From assembly GCA_963692915.1 (NCBI GenBank), contig OY843584.1:96001-160000 (forward strand): DNA of 64,000 nucleotides, given 5' to 3'. The stretch comes from Cenarchaeum sp. Lineage in GTDB: Archaea > Thermoproteota > Nitrososphaeria > Nitrososphaerales > Nitrosopumilaceae. Numbering within the stretch: position 1 is the stretch's first letter; each line of letters opens with the position of its first letter. Positions 38,914-48,798 of the stretch are shown piece by piece. A program made the position numbers and the translations under genes. The notes beneath the pieces were generated by a model, which was given only the letters and a program-made list of their open reading frames with translations, was not told the DNA's origin and did no database searches.

Positions 38914-40533
38914 CTACCCTGGGGGCATTCCGCCAGCGCCACCTGGCGGCGCGACGGATATGACGTCATCTATGCGAAGTATCATGCATGCGGCCTCTGT
39001 TGCCGACTTTATGATCTGCTCCTTTACGACGACGGGCTCGACGATGTTGATCGAGATCATGTCGGCGACCTTTGTGTTGCGCGCGTCGACTCCGACCCAC
39101 TTTTTGCCCTGAGCCTGCCTTGAGCGCAGCGTCGCCATCGTGTCTATTGGATCCATTCCGGCGTTCTCGGCTATCGTAAGGGGTATGGCCTCTAGTGCCT
39201 CGGCGTACTTTTTGACTGCGAGCTGCTCGCGGCCATCAAGGCCGTCTGCCCAATCCTTTAGCTTCATTGCGATGTATGACTCGGGGGCGCCGCCGCCGCC
39301 GACTATTCTGGGGCTCTCGATGACGTCCTTTACGACCATGAGCGAGTCGTGCATTGAGCGGTCTACCTCGTCGACTACCCTCTGCGAGCCGCCGCGTATG
39401 AGCACCGTGACTGCCTGCGGGTTGCGGCATCCCTCGATGAAGACCCACTTGTCGGACTCTACCTTTTTCTGCTGGACGGACTGGGCCGAGCCGAGGTCCT
39501 TTTCGCTCAAATCCTCAATGTTCGTAGTTATGCGCGCGCCAGTGGCGCGAGCGAGCTTTGTCATGTCGCTCTCCTTTACGCGCCTCACGGCAAGTATGCC
39601 GTGCTTTGCGAGATAGTGCTGCGCAATGTCGTCGATCCCCTTTTGGCAGAGGCAGACATTGGCGCCGATCTCGTGCAGCTTGTCGGCCATCGACTTTAGC
39701 ATGCGGTTCTCCTCCTCGAGGAACATCTGCATCTGCGTTGGGTCGCTTATCCTAATCTCTGCGCTAAGCTCGGTCTTTTCGACCTCTAGTGCGCAGTTGA
39801 GGAGCGCTATCTTTGCGGACTCGGCCTTTTGTGGCATGCCACTGTGGACTATCTCCTTGTCAAGGACGACGCCGGTGATGAGGCGCGTGTCCTGTATGGA
39901 GCCGCCGGACTTTTTCTCGACCTTTATGTTCTCGAGGTCGACTGTGTGGCCGGTGCCCTTTTTGGTCGACACCTTTAGGATGGCATCGACTACTATCTTT
40001 GCGAGCGGGTCGCTGTCCTCGGATATGAGCTTTGACTCCATGCTCGTCTTTGCGACGTTTATGAGGGTCTCGCGGTCGTCGGCCTTTACGTCCTTTGCGA
40101 TCTCGGCGAGGAGCTCGAGCGTCTTTTCAGAGGCGGCCTGGTACCCGTCGACGATGACTGAGGAATGGACGTCCTTTTTGAGGAGGCCCTCGGCGTTTGC
40201 GATCAGCGCGCCGCCAAAGACCACCGAGGACGTCGTCCCGTCACCGACCTCATTGTCAACGGTCTTTGATATCTCGACCATCATCTTGGCGGCCGGATGC
40301 TGCACGTCGATCTCCTTTAGTATGGTCGCGCCATCGTTGGTTATCGTCACGTCGCCTAGTGAGTCGACGAGCATCTTGTCGAGCCCACGCGGGCCCAGGC
40401 TTGACTTTACGAGGTTAGATATGAGCTTTGCAGCCGCAATGTTGTTCTGCTGCGCATCGCGGCCCTTTTGCTGGAGCGCGCTCTCCTTTAGGACGAGAAC
40501 CGGCCCCTGTGGCGTTTGCTGAATTGATGCCAT
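38914..40533 (-). CDS. ths: Thermosome subunit (group II chaperonin)
   Basis: SLGPRGLDKML, ITNDGATIL, GDGTTS, GGM-like tail. Confidence 0.96.
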   Translation of the reverse strand: MASIQQTPQGPVLVLKESALQQKGRDAQQNNIAAAKLISNLVKSSLGPRGLDKMLVDSLGDVTITNDGATILKEIDVQHPAAKMMVEISKTVDNEVGDGTTSSVVFGGALIANAEGLLKKDVHSSVIVDGYQAASEKTLELLAEIAKDVKADDRETLINVAKTSMESKLISEDSDPLAKIVVDAILKVSTKKGTGHTVDLENIKVEKKSGGSIQDTRLITGVVLDKEIVHSGMPQKAESAKIALLNCALEVEKTELSAEIRISDPTQMQMFLEEENRMLKSMADKLHEIGANVCLCQKGIDDIAQHYLAKHGILAVRRVKESDMTKLARATGARITTNIEDLSEKDLGSAQSVQQKKVESDKWVFIEGCRNPQAVTVLIRGGSQRVVDEVDRSMHDSLMVVKDVIESPRIVGGGGAPESYIAMKLKDWADGLDGREQLAVKKYAEALEAIPLTIAENAGMDPIDTMATLRSRQAQGKKWVGVDARNTKVADMISINIVEPVVVKEQIIKSATEAACMILRIDDVISVAPPGGAGGMPPG

Positions 40534-40556
40534 TTTGCGCCACCCCTCGGCCCGCC

Positions 40557-42323
40557 CTATTTTAACCTACGAGCAACCGTGGGCACCATCCGGCGCGCCC
40601 TCACGTCAACTAGGCCGCCATGGAGGAGGCGAACCGACGGGAGCGCAAGGAAGGGCAGAAAGAGGGGCACGAGGTGCGCACGGCCAAACCTGCACCCCGA
40701 GTCGGCCATCTCGCCATCTATGCGCCCGAGGAGCGCGCCGGCCTCATCGAGGCCCAGATCCGAGACGATGCCGCAAAAGGAGAGCGGCAGGCTGGCCACT
40801 ATGCGGCCTCCCCTGGCCACGGCCATGCCCCCGCCGCCGGAGACTGCCTCGTTTGCCGCGACTGCCATGTCGGCTGTCCCCGAGCCGACGACCATGATGT
40901 CGTTCTCGTGAAAGCTCCACGTCGAGGCGATCGCAGCATCAAGGCTCCCCATGCCCTCGACGAAGGCGACGGTTCCTCCCCGTGGCCCGCCAGGCCTCCC
41001 AAATGCCGCGGCCCTGGCCACCTGCGAGCCGCCGAGCCTGCCCTCGCGCACCCCGAGGCGCGCACTGCCGAGCTTTGTGACGATCTCAGTCATCATCACT
41101 ATCGTGTTGACCTCTGCGCCGCCTGCGCTGCCGGCGACCTCAAAGTCAGCGCCTGTGAACGGCCGCCTCGCGCCAACCATGCGAGATGCCCATGCCGGAG
41201 CCCTCCTCTTTGGCCGTGCGGCCACGAGCTTGCCGTCGATGACGGCAGGCCGCCCGCCGACATAGACGTCACGAACCTTCGCTGACTCTAGTGAGTCGAG
41301 CATGACAATGTCAGCAAGCCTGCCCGGCCCGATGCCGCCGAGGTCGTGACCCATTGCGTAATAGTCAAAGGCGTTCCTCGATGCTATGGTGTATGCCGTC
41401 ACGGGCTCCATTCCGAGGCGCACGGCCTCGCGCACACAGTGATCAATGTGGCCATAGCTTGCCATGTCGACCGGATTCACGCCGTCCGAGCAGAACATGA
41501 GGCGGCTCGTGTCTATGTTGCGCGCAAGAACGTCGGTGACTATTGCGGCGAGATCACGCCGAATCGAGCCCTCCCTGGCCATGACCCACATGCCAAGCCG
41601 CAGCCTCTCGACTGCTTGCGCATAGTCGACTGGCTCGTGGCACGACAGTATGCCCGATGCGACGTACGCCTGGAGCTTTTTGCCCGATGCGCCGGCGGTG
41701 TGGCCGTTTATTGCGTGTCCACCGTCTAGCATGCGCTCTAGCTGGCGCATGGTTTCAGCATCGCGCCCCGTCACGCGTGTCCACGAAAAGACCTCGCCGA
41801 GGCCGACAACGTCATCGCGCCGCAGGATCGTCCCCTCTTGCGCGCGCGTGAGCGTGCGCGCCGTGCTGAACTTGCGGTCAACGGGCAGGCCGCCGGGCAC
41901 AAAGCTGAATATCCTCGCCGGCGCGCCCTCGCACTGGCGCAGAAACTCCCCGAGACCCCGCGCGCCGGCCACGCTCACGATGTCTATCGGGTCAGAAAAG
42001 AGCGACGTCACGCCGTGGAGGACGGCGTGCGCGGCGAACTCGCGCGGCATGACAAACTGGTCGATGTGCGTGTGCGGGTCGGCCATGCCCGGCACGGCAA
42101 AGGCCCCGCGCGCATCGACTGTCCTCGTCGACTTGCCGGCCGTGTGCGAGGCGTCATGGCCCACATAGGCGATGCGCTCGCCGGCCACGGCTATGTCGAT
42201 GCCCTCCTGGAGCTCGCCCGTGTAGACGTTGGCAAGCGTTGCGCCCCTGATGATGAGGCTCGCTGCCGCCTCGCCCATTGCCACTGCGTTGAGCCTCCGT
42301 ATGGAGCCGCCTAGCGCGCCCAT
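40557..42323 (-). CDS. ade: Adenine deaminase
   Basis: DPHTHID, INGHTAG, SCHE, REGSIRRDL, FCSDG, C-terminal FLALPSVRL. Confidence 0.88.
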   Translation of the reverse strand: MGALGGSIRRLNAVAMGEAAASLIIRGATLANVYTGELQEGIDIAVAGERIAYVGHDASHTAGKSTRTVDARGAFAVPGMADPHTHIDQFVMPREFAAHAVLHGVTSLFSDPIDIVSVAGARGLGEFLRQCEGAPARIFSFVPGGLPVDRKFSTARTLTRAQEGTILRRDDVVGLGEVFSWTRVTGRDAETMRQLERMLDGGHAINGHTAGASGKKLQAYVASGILSCHEPVDYAQAVERLRLGMWVMAREGSIRRDLAAIVTDVLARNIDTSRLMFCSDGVNPVDMASYGHIDHCVREAVRLGMEPVTAYTIASRNAFDYYAMGHDLGGIGPGRLADIVMLDSLESAKVRDVYVGGRPAVIDGKLVAARPKRRAPAWASRMVGARRPFTGADFEVAGSAGGAEVNTIVMMTEIVTKLGSARLGVREGRLGGSQVARAAAFGRPGGPRGGTVAFVEGMGSLDAAIASTWSFHENDIMVVGSGTADMAVAANEAVSGGGGMAVARGGRIVASLPLSFCGIVSDLGLDEAGALLGRIDGEMADSGCRFGRAHLVPLFLPFLALPSVRLLHGGLVDVRARRMVPTVARRLK

Positions 42324-42393
42324 GCGCGACTCGCGCGCAGTGCCCCAATTTAAGATTCAATGCTTAAATTACGGCATTCGCGCGCGCGCACCG

Positions 42394-42675
42394 TTGAAGT
42401 ACCCAAAGGCAATAATGCGCTACTGCCCCAAGTGCAAAAAGCACACGTCGCAAAAGGTCTCGCTATACAAGGCCGGCAAGCGCCGGGCCTCGGCCATAGG
42501 CGAGCGGCGCCACGCCGAGGACAAAAAGGGCTATGGGGGCCAAAAGTTCCCCAAGCTGGCAAAGCCGGCCAAGGTCACCAAAAAGTTCACGCGTATACTC
42601 GCGTGTCCGGACTGCAAGAAAAAGTTCAACATGTACGGCATTCGTGTCAAAAAGTTCGAGTTGGTGGCAGTATGA
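42394..42675 (+). CDS. rpl44e: 50S ribosomal protein L44e
   Basis: YCPKCKKHT...KGYGGQKFP...KVTKK...CPDC; TTG start. Confidence 0.95.
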   Translation: MKYPKAIMRYCPKCKKHTSQKVSLYKAGKRRASAIGERRHAEDKKGYGGQKFPKLAKPAKVTKKFTRILACPDCKKKFNMYGIRVKKFELVAV

Positions 42676-42875
42676 AGAAGGATCACGTTCCAGTTCCACA
42701 GCCCTCAAGCAAGTTTCTTCGCGTAGAGTGCTCCGAGTGCAACGAAAAGCAGGTGGTCTACTCGCACGCCTCAACTGCAATCACGTGCAACTCGTGCGGC
42801 AATGCGCTGGCAACGCCGACTGGCTCACTTGCGCAGATTCACGGCTCTATCGTGGATCCGAACACGAGCTCATAG
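42672..42875 (+). CDS. rps27e: 30S ribosomal protein S27e
   Basis: PSSKFLRVECSECNEKQVVYSHAST...CNSCG...PTG. Confidence 0.95.
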   Translation: MKKDHVPVPQPSSKFLRVECSECNEKQVVYSHASTAITCNSCGNALATPTGSLAQIHGSIVDPNTSS

Positions 42876-43438
42876 TCGCTCACGGTATTGATTCCAAGGC
42901 ATATCCTCCTGTCGTCTAGCACGCGCAATGCTTCTTTCACGTGTCCCCCGCCGCGCGCAAGCGCTGCGTTGACCACAGAGACTCCGGTATAGCAGCACTC
43001 CCTCTGCCCGACATTTACAAAAAACTCGGGCGTCGCGCCAAGTGACTCGGCAAACCTCCTAGTTGCGACTATTGCCATCCACGCGCCGGCCTCGTCGTGG
43101 AGCGCCGATGCCTTTCGCAGGACAGACGCGTCAATGAGCGCAAGATCTCCGGGCACTACCATGACGTTGCCCTCAAGCGTTGACATTGCGGTGCACACGT
43201 CAGCGGCATATCCGTCACCGGCAGTCTCGACCACGCTGATGCGCGCGTCATCGCGCAAGAGTGCGGCCGTGCGTGGAGCGTTCGGGCTAGTTGCCGCGAC
43301 GATGCGCGTGTACATGCCCGAGTCTGCCATGGCGCCAATTACCCTGCTGACTACCGGCGTCTCGCCTCCGAGGACGAGCTTTTCGCCCATTGCGCGCATG
43401 CGCGTTCCGCGCCCGCCGGCCATGACGAGGCCGATCAT
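42839..43438 (-). CDS. cobY: Adenosylcobinamide-phosphate guanylyltransferase (NTP transferase)
   Basis: MAGGRGTRM...EK, ATSPNAPRT, ETAGDGYAAD; cob cluster. Confidence 0.85.
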   Translation of the reverse strand: MIGLVMAGGRGTRMRAMGEKLVLGGETPVVSRVIGAMADSGMYTRIVAATSPNAPRTAALLRDDARISVVETAGDGYAADVCTAMSTLEGNVMVVPGDLALIDASVLRKASALHDEAGAWMAIVATRRFAESLGATPEFFVNVGQRECCYTGVSVVNAALARGGGHVKEALRVLDDRRICLGINTVSDYELVFGSTIEP

Positions 43439-44169
43439 TGCGCACCCACCAGCACGATGACTGCGGCGATCCTTGCGAGCTCGTTGGCTGCCCCGAGTGA
43501 GTCGCCGCGAAGCCCGCCGAGTCCCCTCTCTGAGGCGACGCCGACTAGGAGCGCGACGATGATTGCGGCCGCTGCGGCCCCGATGGCCGCCACGCCTGAG
43601 ACGCCGATCGATATGGCCATCGCGACTGCAGCAGTTGCTGCCACTGCACGCCAGTCTGCTGCCGCGCGCACAAACGCCTCGGCCGTGCTGTCTGGCGCGG
43701 CCGCGCGAGCCCTCATCAGGATGACCATCGAGAGCTTTGCGATCACCTCGGCTGAGACGACTGCTGCCAGGATGCCCCAGGGGCCGGCCGGATATATCGC
43801 CGCGACGAGGGCCATGAGGGAGATGGCCACAGCCACGCTGCCTGCCGTGCCTGTGGCATGGTCCTTTAGGGCCGCGACCCTGCGCTCGCGCGACCCGCGA
43901 ACCATGAGCGCATCGGCCAGGTCGGCCAGCCCGTCGAGGTGATGCATTCCGGTGAGGAGCGCGAGTGCGGCGACTGTGCAGACTGCGGCGAGGAGGGGCT
44001 CTAGTCCGGCAAGCATCGCTCCGGCGCCGACTGTGCCGGCGATCGCCCCCACGGCGAGTCCGGCTAGCGGAAACGCCCAGAGCGCGCCGGCCGCATCGGC
44101 GAGCGTCGTGCGCCGTCCCTGCGGGATCACCGTGAGGAGCGCAAACACCGCACTTGCACGCTCAAGCAT
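43435..44169 (-). CDS. cobS: Adenosylcobinamide-GDP ribazoletransferase
   Basis: TGMHHLDGLADLADA, KDHATGTAG, GGLRGDSLGA; multiple TM segments. Confidence 0.92.
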   Translation of the reverse strand: MLERASAVFALLTVIPQGRRTTLADAAGALWAFPLAGLAVGAIAGTVGAGAMLAGLEPLLAAVCTVAALALLTGMHHLDGLADLADALMVRGSRERRVAALKDHATGTAGSVAVAISLMALVAAIYPAGPWGILAAVVSAEVIAKLSMVILMRARAAAPDSTAEAFVRAAADWRAVAATAAVAMAISIGVSGVAAIGAAAAAIIVALLVGVASERGLGGLRGDSLGAANELARIAAVIVLVGAQ

Positions 44170-45130
44170 AGGGCCACCATTCCGCCGCACCGGCAGCCGC
44201 CAGCGCCAGGGCTACTGCGCCGATGGCTGCCACTAGGATCACCGAGCCGACTAGCATGACCCTCCTTGCCGCATCAACGTCGCGCATCGTCGGCTCGGAG
44301 CCGTTTTCACATATGACATAGTGGCCAACCTTTTCGAGGCGCACTCCAAGCGCGCCGGCCATCGCCGCCATTGGGTATCCCGCATTGGGGCTTGCGGTAA
44401 CTGCATGGTCGCGCCGGACAGCCAGGAGCGCACCGCGCCAGTCCATGCCCATGGCCATCGCGGCTGCTATGATGATGCCCGCTGTCATCCTTGCCGGAAC
44501 ATAGCCGAGCACGTTGTCACACGTTGCGCCAAACCACCCGATCCTCTCGAGCTCGCGCGTCTTGTATCCGGCCATCGCGTCGATCGTGTTGATCGCGCGA
44601 TATATGAGCGCACCGGGCGCGCCGGCGAGGGCAAAGTATGACAGGGGAGCTACGATGCCGTCTGCCATGTTCTCGGCGATCGTCTCGACTAGTCCGGAGA
44701 GTATGTGCGCGCGTCCGAGGCTGCGCGTGTCGCGCTTTACGACCATCGCGAGCCTGTGCCTTGCGGCCGTCAGGTCGTCCTCACCGAGGCGCGAGGTCAC
44801 GGCAGTCACGTGCTGTGACATTGAGCGGACCGATATTGCCGCAAAGAGCAGGAGCGCACCGGCTGCGGTCCACACAATGCCGCTCCATGCGCCAAGCGCG
44901 CCGATTGCCCCATGCAGCACGGCTAGCGGGACGATGACTGCACCGCACACGCCGAGGACAACGGCGACGCCGGCGGCACGCTCGTGTGAGCTAGCGCGCG
45001 CCGCGACGACGAGGCGCGCGGTGAGGCGGCCCATCCAGACTGTCGGGTGCAGGCGCCGAGGCGGCTCGCCTAGGCCCAGATCCATCGCGAGCGCAAACGC
45101 GGCGGCCAGGGCGACTGCAATCAGCGGCAT
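44162..45130 (-). CDS. cbiB: Adenosylcobinamide-phosphate synthase
   Basis: GEPPRRLHPTVWMG, ENMADGIVAPL, YRAINTIDAMAGY, SPNAGYPMAAMAGALGVRL. Confidence 0.93.
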   Translation of the reverse strand: MPLIAVALAAAFALAMDLGLGEPPRRLHPTVWMGRLTARLVVAARASSHERAAGVAVVLGVCGAVIVPLAVLHGAIGALGAWSGIVWTAAGALLLFAAISVRSMSQHVTAVTSRLGEDDLTAARHRLAMVVKRDTRSLGRAHILSGLVETIAENMADGIVAPLSYFALAGAPGALIYRAINTIDAMAGYKTRELERIGWFGATCDNVLGYVPARMTAGIIIAAAMAMGMDWRGALLAVRRDHAVTASPNAGYPMAAMAGALGVRLEKVGHYVICENGSEPTMRDVDAARRVMLVGSVILVAAIGAVALALAAAGAAEWWPYA

Positions 45131-45954
45131 GCGTCCACCACCAGCGCACCAACATCGATGCGCTCCTCGAGGGCGCGCGCGAGGCGCGAGCACGCGCGGC
45201 TGATCGTCTCCCTGCGCGGCATCGCCGCGCGCGCCGCGCGCGCGCCAAGCGAGTCCTCCTCGGGAAGGCCGACTCTGAGCATGGGAATGGTTCCAAGAAC
45301 CGGCTTTTTTGTGATTCGGCTCAGCGTCTCGTACCCGCGCGCAAGTATCGTCTCATCGCCGCGAAACTTGTTGATGATGACTCCGCGCACGAGGCGCCTG
45401 TGGCGCGCCTCTAGGAGCGCGATCGTGCCGACGATCGAGGCAAACGCGCCCCCGCGCTCAATGTCGGCGACGAGTATGACGCCGGCGCGCGCGGCCTCGG
45501 CTATGGCCATGTTGGCAATGTCGCCATCACCAATGTTGATCTCTGCAGGCGAGCCGGCGCCCTCGATTACGATGATGTCGTGTGCGGCCTCTAGGCGGCG
45601 CAGCGCCGAGATGGCGACGCGCAGGCCACGCCGCCTGGCAAACCGATAGTACTCGCGCGCGCGCATGCGCGCCTCGAGCCTGCCGTTGACATGGACGTCT
45701 GAGGAGTCATCGCCGACTGGCCGCAGGAGTATGGGGTTGAGGTCGACTCTGGCCTCGCACCTGGCGGCGATCGCCTGTACCGCCTGCGCGCGCGATATGC
45801 GCCCGCCCTGCACGCCGTGCGAAAAGCGTGACATGTTCTGGGCCTTGAACGGCGCCACGCTGTGACCACGATCCGAGAGTGCGCGGCAGAGCGCAGCGAC
45901 GAGTGTTGTCTTGCCTGCGCCTGATGACGTGCCCTGGACCATTATCGCCGTCAT
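45121..45954 (-). CDS. cbiP: Cobyric acid synthase, synthetase domain only
   Basis: QGTSSGAGKT, PFKAQNMS, EGAGSPAEIN, DIERGG, LPEEDSL; ends without a glutaminase domain. Confidence 0.88.
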   Translation of the reverse strand: MTAIMVQGTSSGAGKTTLVAALCRALSDRGHSVAPFKAQNMSRFSHGVQGGRISRAQAVQAIAARCEARVDLNPILLRPVGDDSSDVHVNGRLEARMRAREYYRFARRRGLRVAISALRRLEAAHDIIVIEGAGSPAEINIGDGDIANMAIAEAARAGVILVADIERGGAFASIVGTIALLEARHRRLVRGVIINKFRGDETILARGYETLSRITKKPVLGTIPMLRVGLPEEDSLGARAARAAMPRRETISRACSRLARALEERIDVGALVVDACR

Positions 45955-47042
45955 ATCGACCTGATCGCCTTCACAAAGTGCATGTTCTCCTGGTGCGTGC
46001 TCAGCGATATGCGAATGTGCCTGTCACCGAGGCCGCTAAATGACGCACAGTCGCGCACGAGCATGCCCTTTTTCAGCAGCATGTTGCGAACCTCTCGTGA
46101 CGTGCGTCCGCTCACCTCCACTAGGAAAAAATTTGCCGCGTGATGGTCCGTGCACTCAAACCCGTCGATCGCGTCTATCTCCCTGCGCAAATAGCGTGAC
46201 TCTTTTTGGCACATTGCGCGCAGCTTTGAGATGTGCGATGCCCGTGACTTTGCCACAAGTAGCGGCGTTGCGGCCATGGCGACGCCGTGCGCGATGCCCG
46301 AGACTGTCCACGGGATCCTCGCCTCGCGAAGGGCCGATGCCGTGTCTGAGTTGCCGATGCCATACCCGACGCGCACGCCGGGAACGCCAAACGTCTTTGT
46401 GTACGAGTGAACCACATAGAGGTTCTTGCGGCCAGGGGCGTCTCCGATGACAGACGCCTTGCGTGCCGTGAACTCGATGAACGCCTCGTCGACTAGGACC
46501 TGCGAGTCGACCTTGGCGGCCGCATCGACGATCTCGAGGATCTCCCTGCGCCCGAGAAGCTCGCCGGTGGGATTGTTTGGGTTGCACACATAGACACACC
46601 CCTTGCGTGGAATCTTTGAGATAAACCCGCCAATGTCCTCGCCGAGATCCATCGTGGCAAACTCCTCAACGCGCGCGCCGCACAGCCTTGCTGCTGATGC
46701 ATACTCGGAGAATGTCGGGGCCTGCATGAGCACGCCCATCTGCGGCGTGACGAACGCCCTGGTCCAGTCATGTATGAGCTCCGATGCGCCGCACCCAATG
46801 ACGACCTGTGCGTCATCTGCCTCCCTGGCCTCGGCGACTACTGCGCGCAGGGCAGCATAGTCGGGATCCGGATATGCGAGTGACGCGTCTATCCCGCGCT
46901 CAATGGCCGCGATGACAGGTCCGGGAGGCCCGAGGGGACCGATGCTAGAGCTAAAGTCCATGACGCTGCGCGCAATGCCGCCGCGCACCGAGTGTGGCCC
47001 GCCGTGCTCGGCGCGCTTGTGCGTGAGGACCTCCCTGCGCAT
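45951..47042 (-). CDS. cobD: L-threonine-O-3-phosphate decarboxylase (class I/II PLP)
   Basis: HGG, DFSSSI, CNPNNPTG, DEAFIEF, SYTKTFGVPGVRVGY, VRDCASF; cob context. Confidence 0.8.
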   Translation of the reverse strand: MRREVLTHKRAEHGGPHSVRGGIARSVMDFSSSIGPLGPPGPVIAAIERGIDASLAYPDPDYAALRAVVAEAREADDAQVVIGCGASELIHDWTRAFVTPQMGVLMQAPTFSEYASAARLCGARVEEFATMDLGEDIGGFISKIPRKGCVYVCNPNNPTGELLGRREILEIVDAAAKVDSQVLVDEAFIEFTARKASVIGDAPGRKNLYVVHSYTKTFGVPGVRVGYGIGNSDTASALREARIPWTVSGIAHGVAMAATPLLVAKSRASHISKLRAMCQKESRYLRREIDAIDGFECTDHHAANFFLVEVSGRTSREVRNMLLKKGMLVRDCASFSGLGDRHIRISLSTHQENMHFVKAIRSI

Positions 47043-47184
47043 AGTCACCGGCCGCGCGCCTCCCCGTGTTTAGCCTTTTGTGCCTGCCCGCCGGCGATCG
47101 CACCCCTGCCACGGACGGCCAATCCTGCCACTTGCCGCCCCGTCTGATAACGATTATTAACGCGCCTGCGCCCACTAGCGCAGC

Positions 47185-48264
47185 ATGAAAAAGCGGGTCG
47201 CCATAGTCGGCGTCACGGGAATCGTGGGCCAAGAGTTCGTCCACGCGCTAGATGACCACCCGTGGTTTACCGTCACGCAGATCGCCGCATCTGAGCGCAA
47301 CGCGGGCAAGACGTATGCCGAGGCAGTCTCGGATGACCCAAGCGGCATTGTCGCCTGGGACGGGAGCGGCAAGATACCGGGGTATATCGCCGACATGAAG
47401 ATACGCTCGATCGACGGCCTTGACCCCTCGGAGCTCGAGCTCGTCTTTTCTGCAGTGGAGTCACAGGCCGCCCGCGACATAGAGACGCGACTGGCCACTG
47501 ACGTTCCGGTGATCAGCACGAGCTCGGCGTACAGGTACGAGACTGACGTGCCCATACTCATACCGGGAATAAATGACGACCATGCCGAGCTCCTCGACGT
47601 GCAGAGCAAGAACCGCGGATGGAAGGGCTGGGTGGCCCCGCTGCCAAACTGCACGACTACGGGACTAGTTATCACGCTAAAGCCGCTCCGCGACTCGCAT
47701 GGCGCAAACAAGGTAGTGATGACGTCGATGCAGGCGCTCTCTGGCGCAGGCCGCTCGCCCGGCGTGAGCGCGATGAACATTACGGACAATATCGTGCCCT
47801 ATATCCCAAAGGAGGAGGGCAAGGTTCGCATAGAGACGCGCAAGATCCTCGGCACGCTAAAGGGAGACAGGATCGAGGAGGCTGACATTCGCGTTAGCTG
47901 CACGTGCACGCGCGTTCCGGTCATCGACGGCCACACCGAGTCGGTTCTCGTAGGAACCGAGCGCGAAATTGACGCAGAGTCAGCAAAGAGGGCATATGAC
48001 AAGTACGGCAAGGAGATATCCACTGTGGGACTGCCCTCAGCACCTGATGACTATTTTGCGGTCCATGATGACCCCATGCGCCCGCAGCCGCGCATAGAGC
48101 GCGACGTCGGTGACGGGATGACGACTACGATCGGGAGGCTAGAGGCCGACGACATGCTCGGCCACGGGATAAAGTACGTCCTCTTCTCGCACAACAAAAA
48201 GATGGGCTCGGCCAAGGGGGCGGTCCTGCTCGCCGAGATGCTCCATAAAAAGGGCAAAATCTAG
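47185..48264 (+). CDS. asd: Aspartate-semialdehyde dehydrogenase
   Basis: GVTGIVGQ, PNCTT, QALSGAG, RVPVIDGH. Confidence 0.96.
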   Translation: MKKRVAIVGVTGIVGQEFVHALDDHPWFTVTQIAASERNAGKTYAEAVSDDPSGIVAWDGSGKIPGYIADMKIRSIDGLDPSELELVFSAVESQAARDIETRLATDVPVISTSSAYRYETDVPILIPGINDDHAELLDVQSKNRGWKGWVAPLPNCTTTGLVITLKPLRDSHGANKVVMTSMQALSGAGRSPGVSAMNITDNIVPYIPKEEGKVRIETRKILGTLKGDRIEEADIRVSCTCTRVPVIDGHTESVLVGTEREIDAESAKRAYDKYGKEISTVGLPSAPDDYFAVHDDPMRPQPRIERDVGDGMTTTIGRLEADDMLGHGIKYVLFSHNKKMGSAKGAVLLAEMLHKKGKI

Positions 48265-48311
48265 CGCACACTTGGGAATATTCCAAGAATAGACTTTTAA
48301 GCTCTCAAAAA

Positions 48312-48797
48312 GTGGACGCGCCGGTGTCATCGCAGGAAGGCGCAGACGATCTCGACATGAGAATACTCGCGGGCCTTGCCGCCGACGCGTCAGTCTCGGT
48401 TCCCACGCTTGCGCGCGACATTGGAACAAACCCGTCTGTCGTCTACTCTCGCATACGCCGCCTCGTAAAGAACGGCCTCATCGAGCGGTACACCATAGTC
48501 ATCAACGAGCGCAGCCTCGGCTATACGGTAAAGGCCCTCGTTGGCATCAACATGGACAGCCGCGAGCGTGACACCATAATCGACTCCCTACTGGGCACCG
48601 ACGGCGTCGAGCGCGTCGCCGAGGTCACCGGCAGGTTTGACATATTGGTGACCGTGTACGCAAAGACGCTCGATGACATGCACGAGATTGTGTCTGAGCG
48701 CATCGGCAAGATTAACGGAATTGTGTCATCCGAGTCGTTCCTCGAGATGAAGTCAGTCTCCAAGGACATGCCGCACGTGACGGCGGGGGCTTCCTGA
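48312..48797 (+). CDS. Lrp/AsnC family regulator
   Basis: HTH (PSVVYSRIRRL) and EVTGRFDI. Confidence 0.9.
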   Translation: MDAPVSSQEGADDLDMRILAGLAADASVSVPTLARDIGTNPSVVYSRIRRLVKNGLIERYTIVINERSLGYTVKALVGINMDSRERDTIIDSLLGTDGVERVAEVTGRFDILVTVYAKTLDDMHEIVSERIGKINGIVSSESFLEMKSVSKDMPHVTAGAS

Positions 48798-48798
48798 G

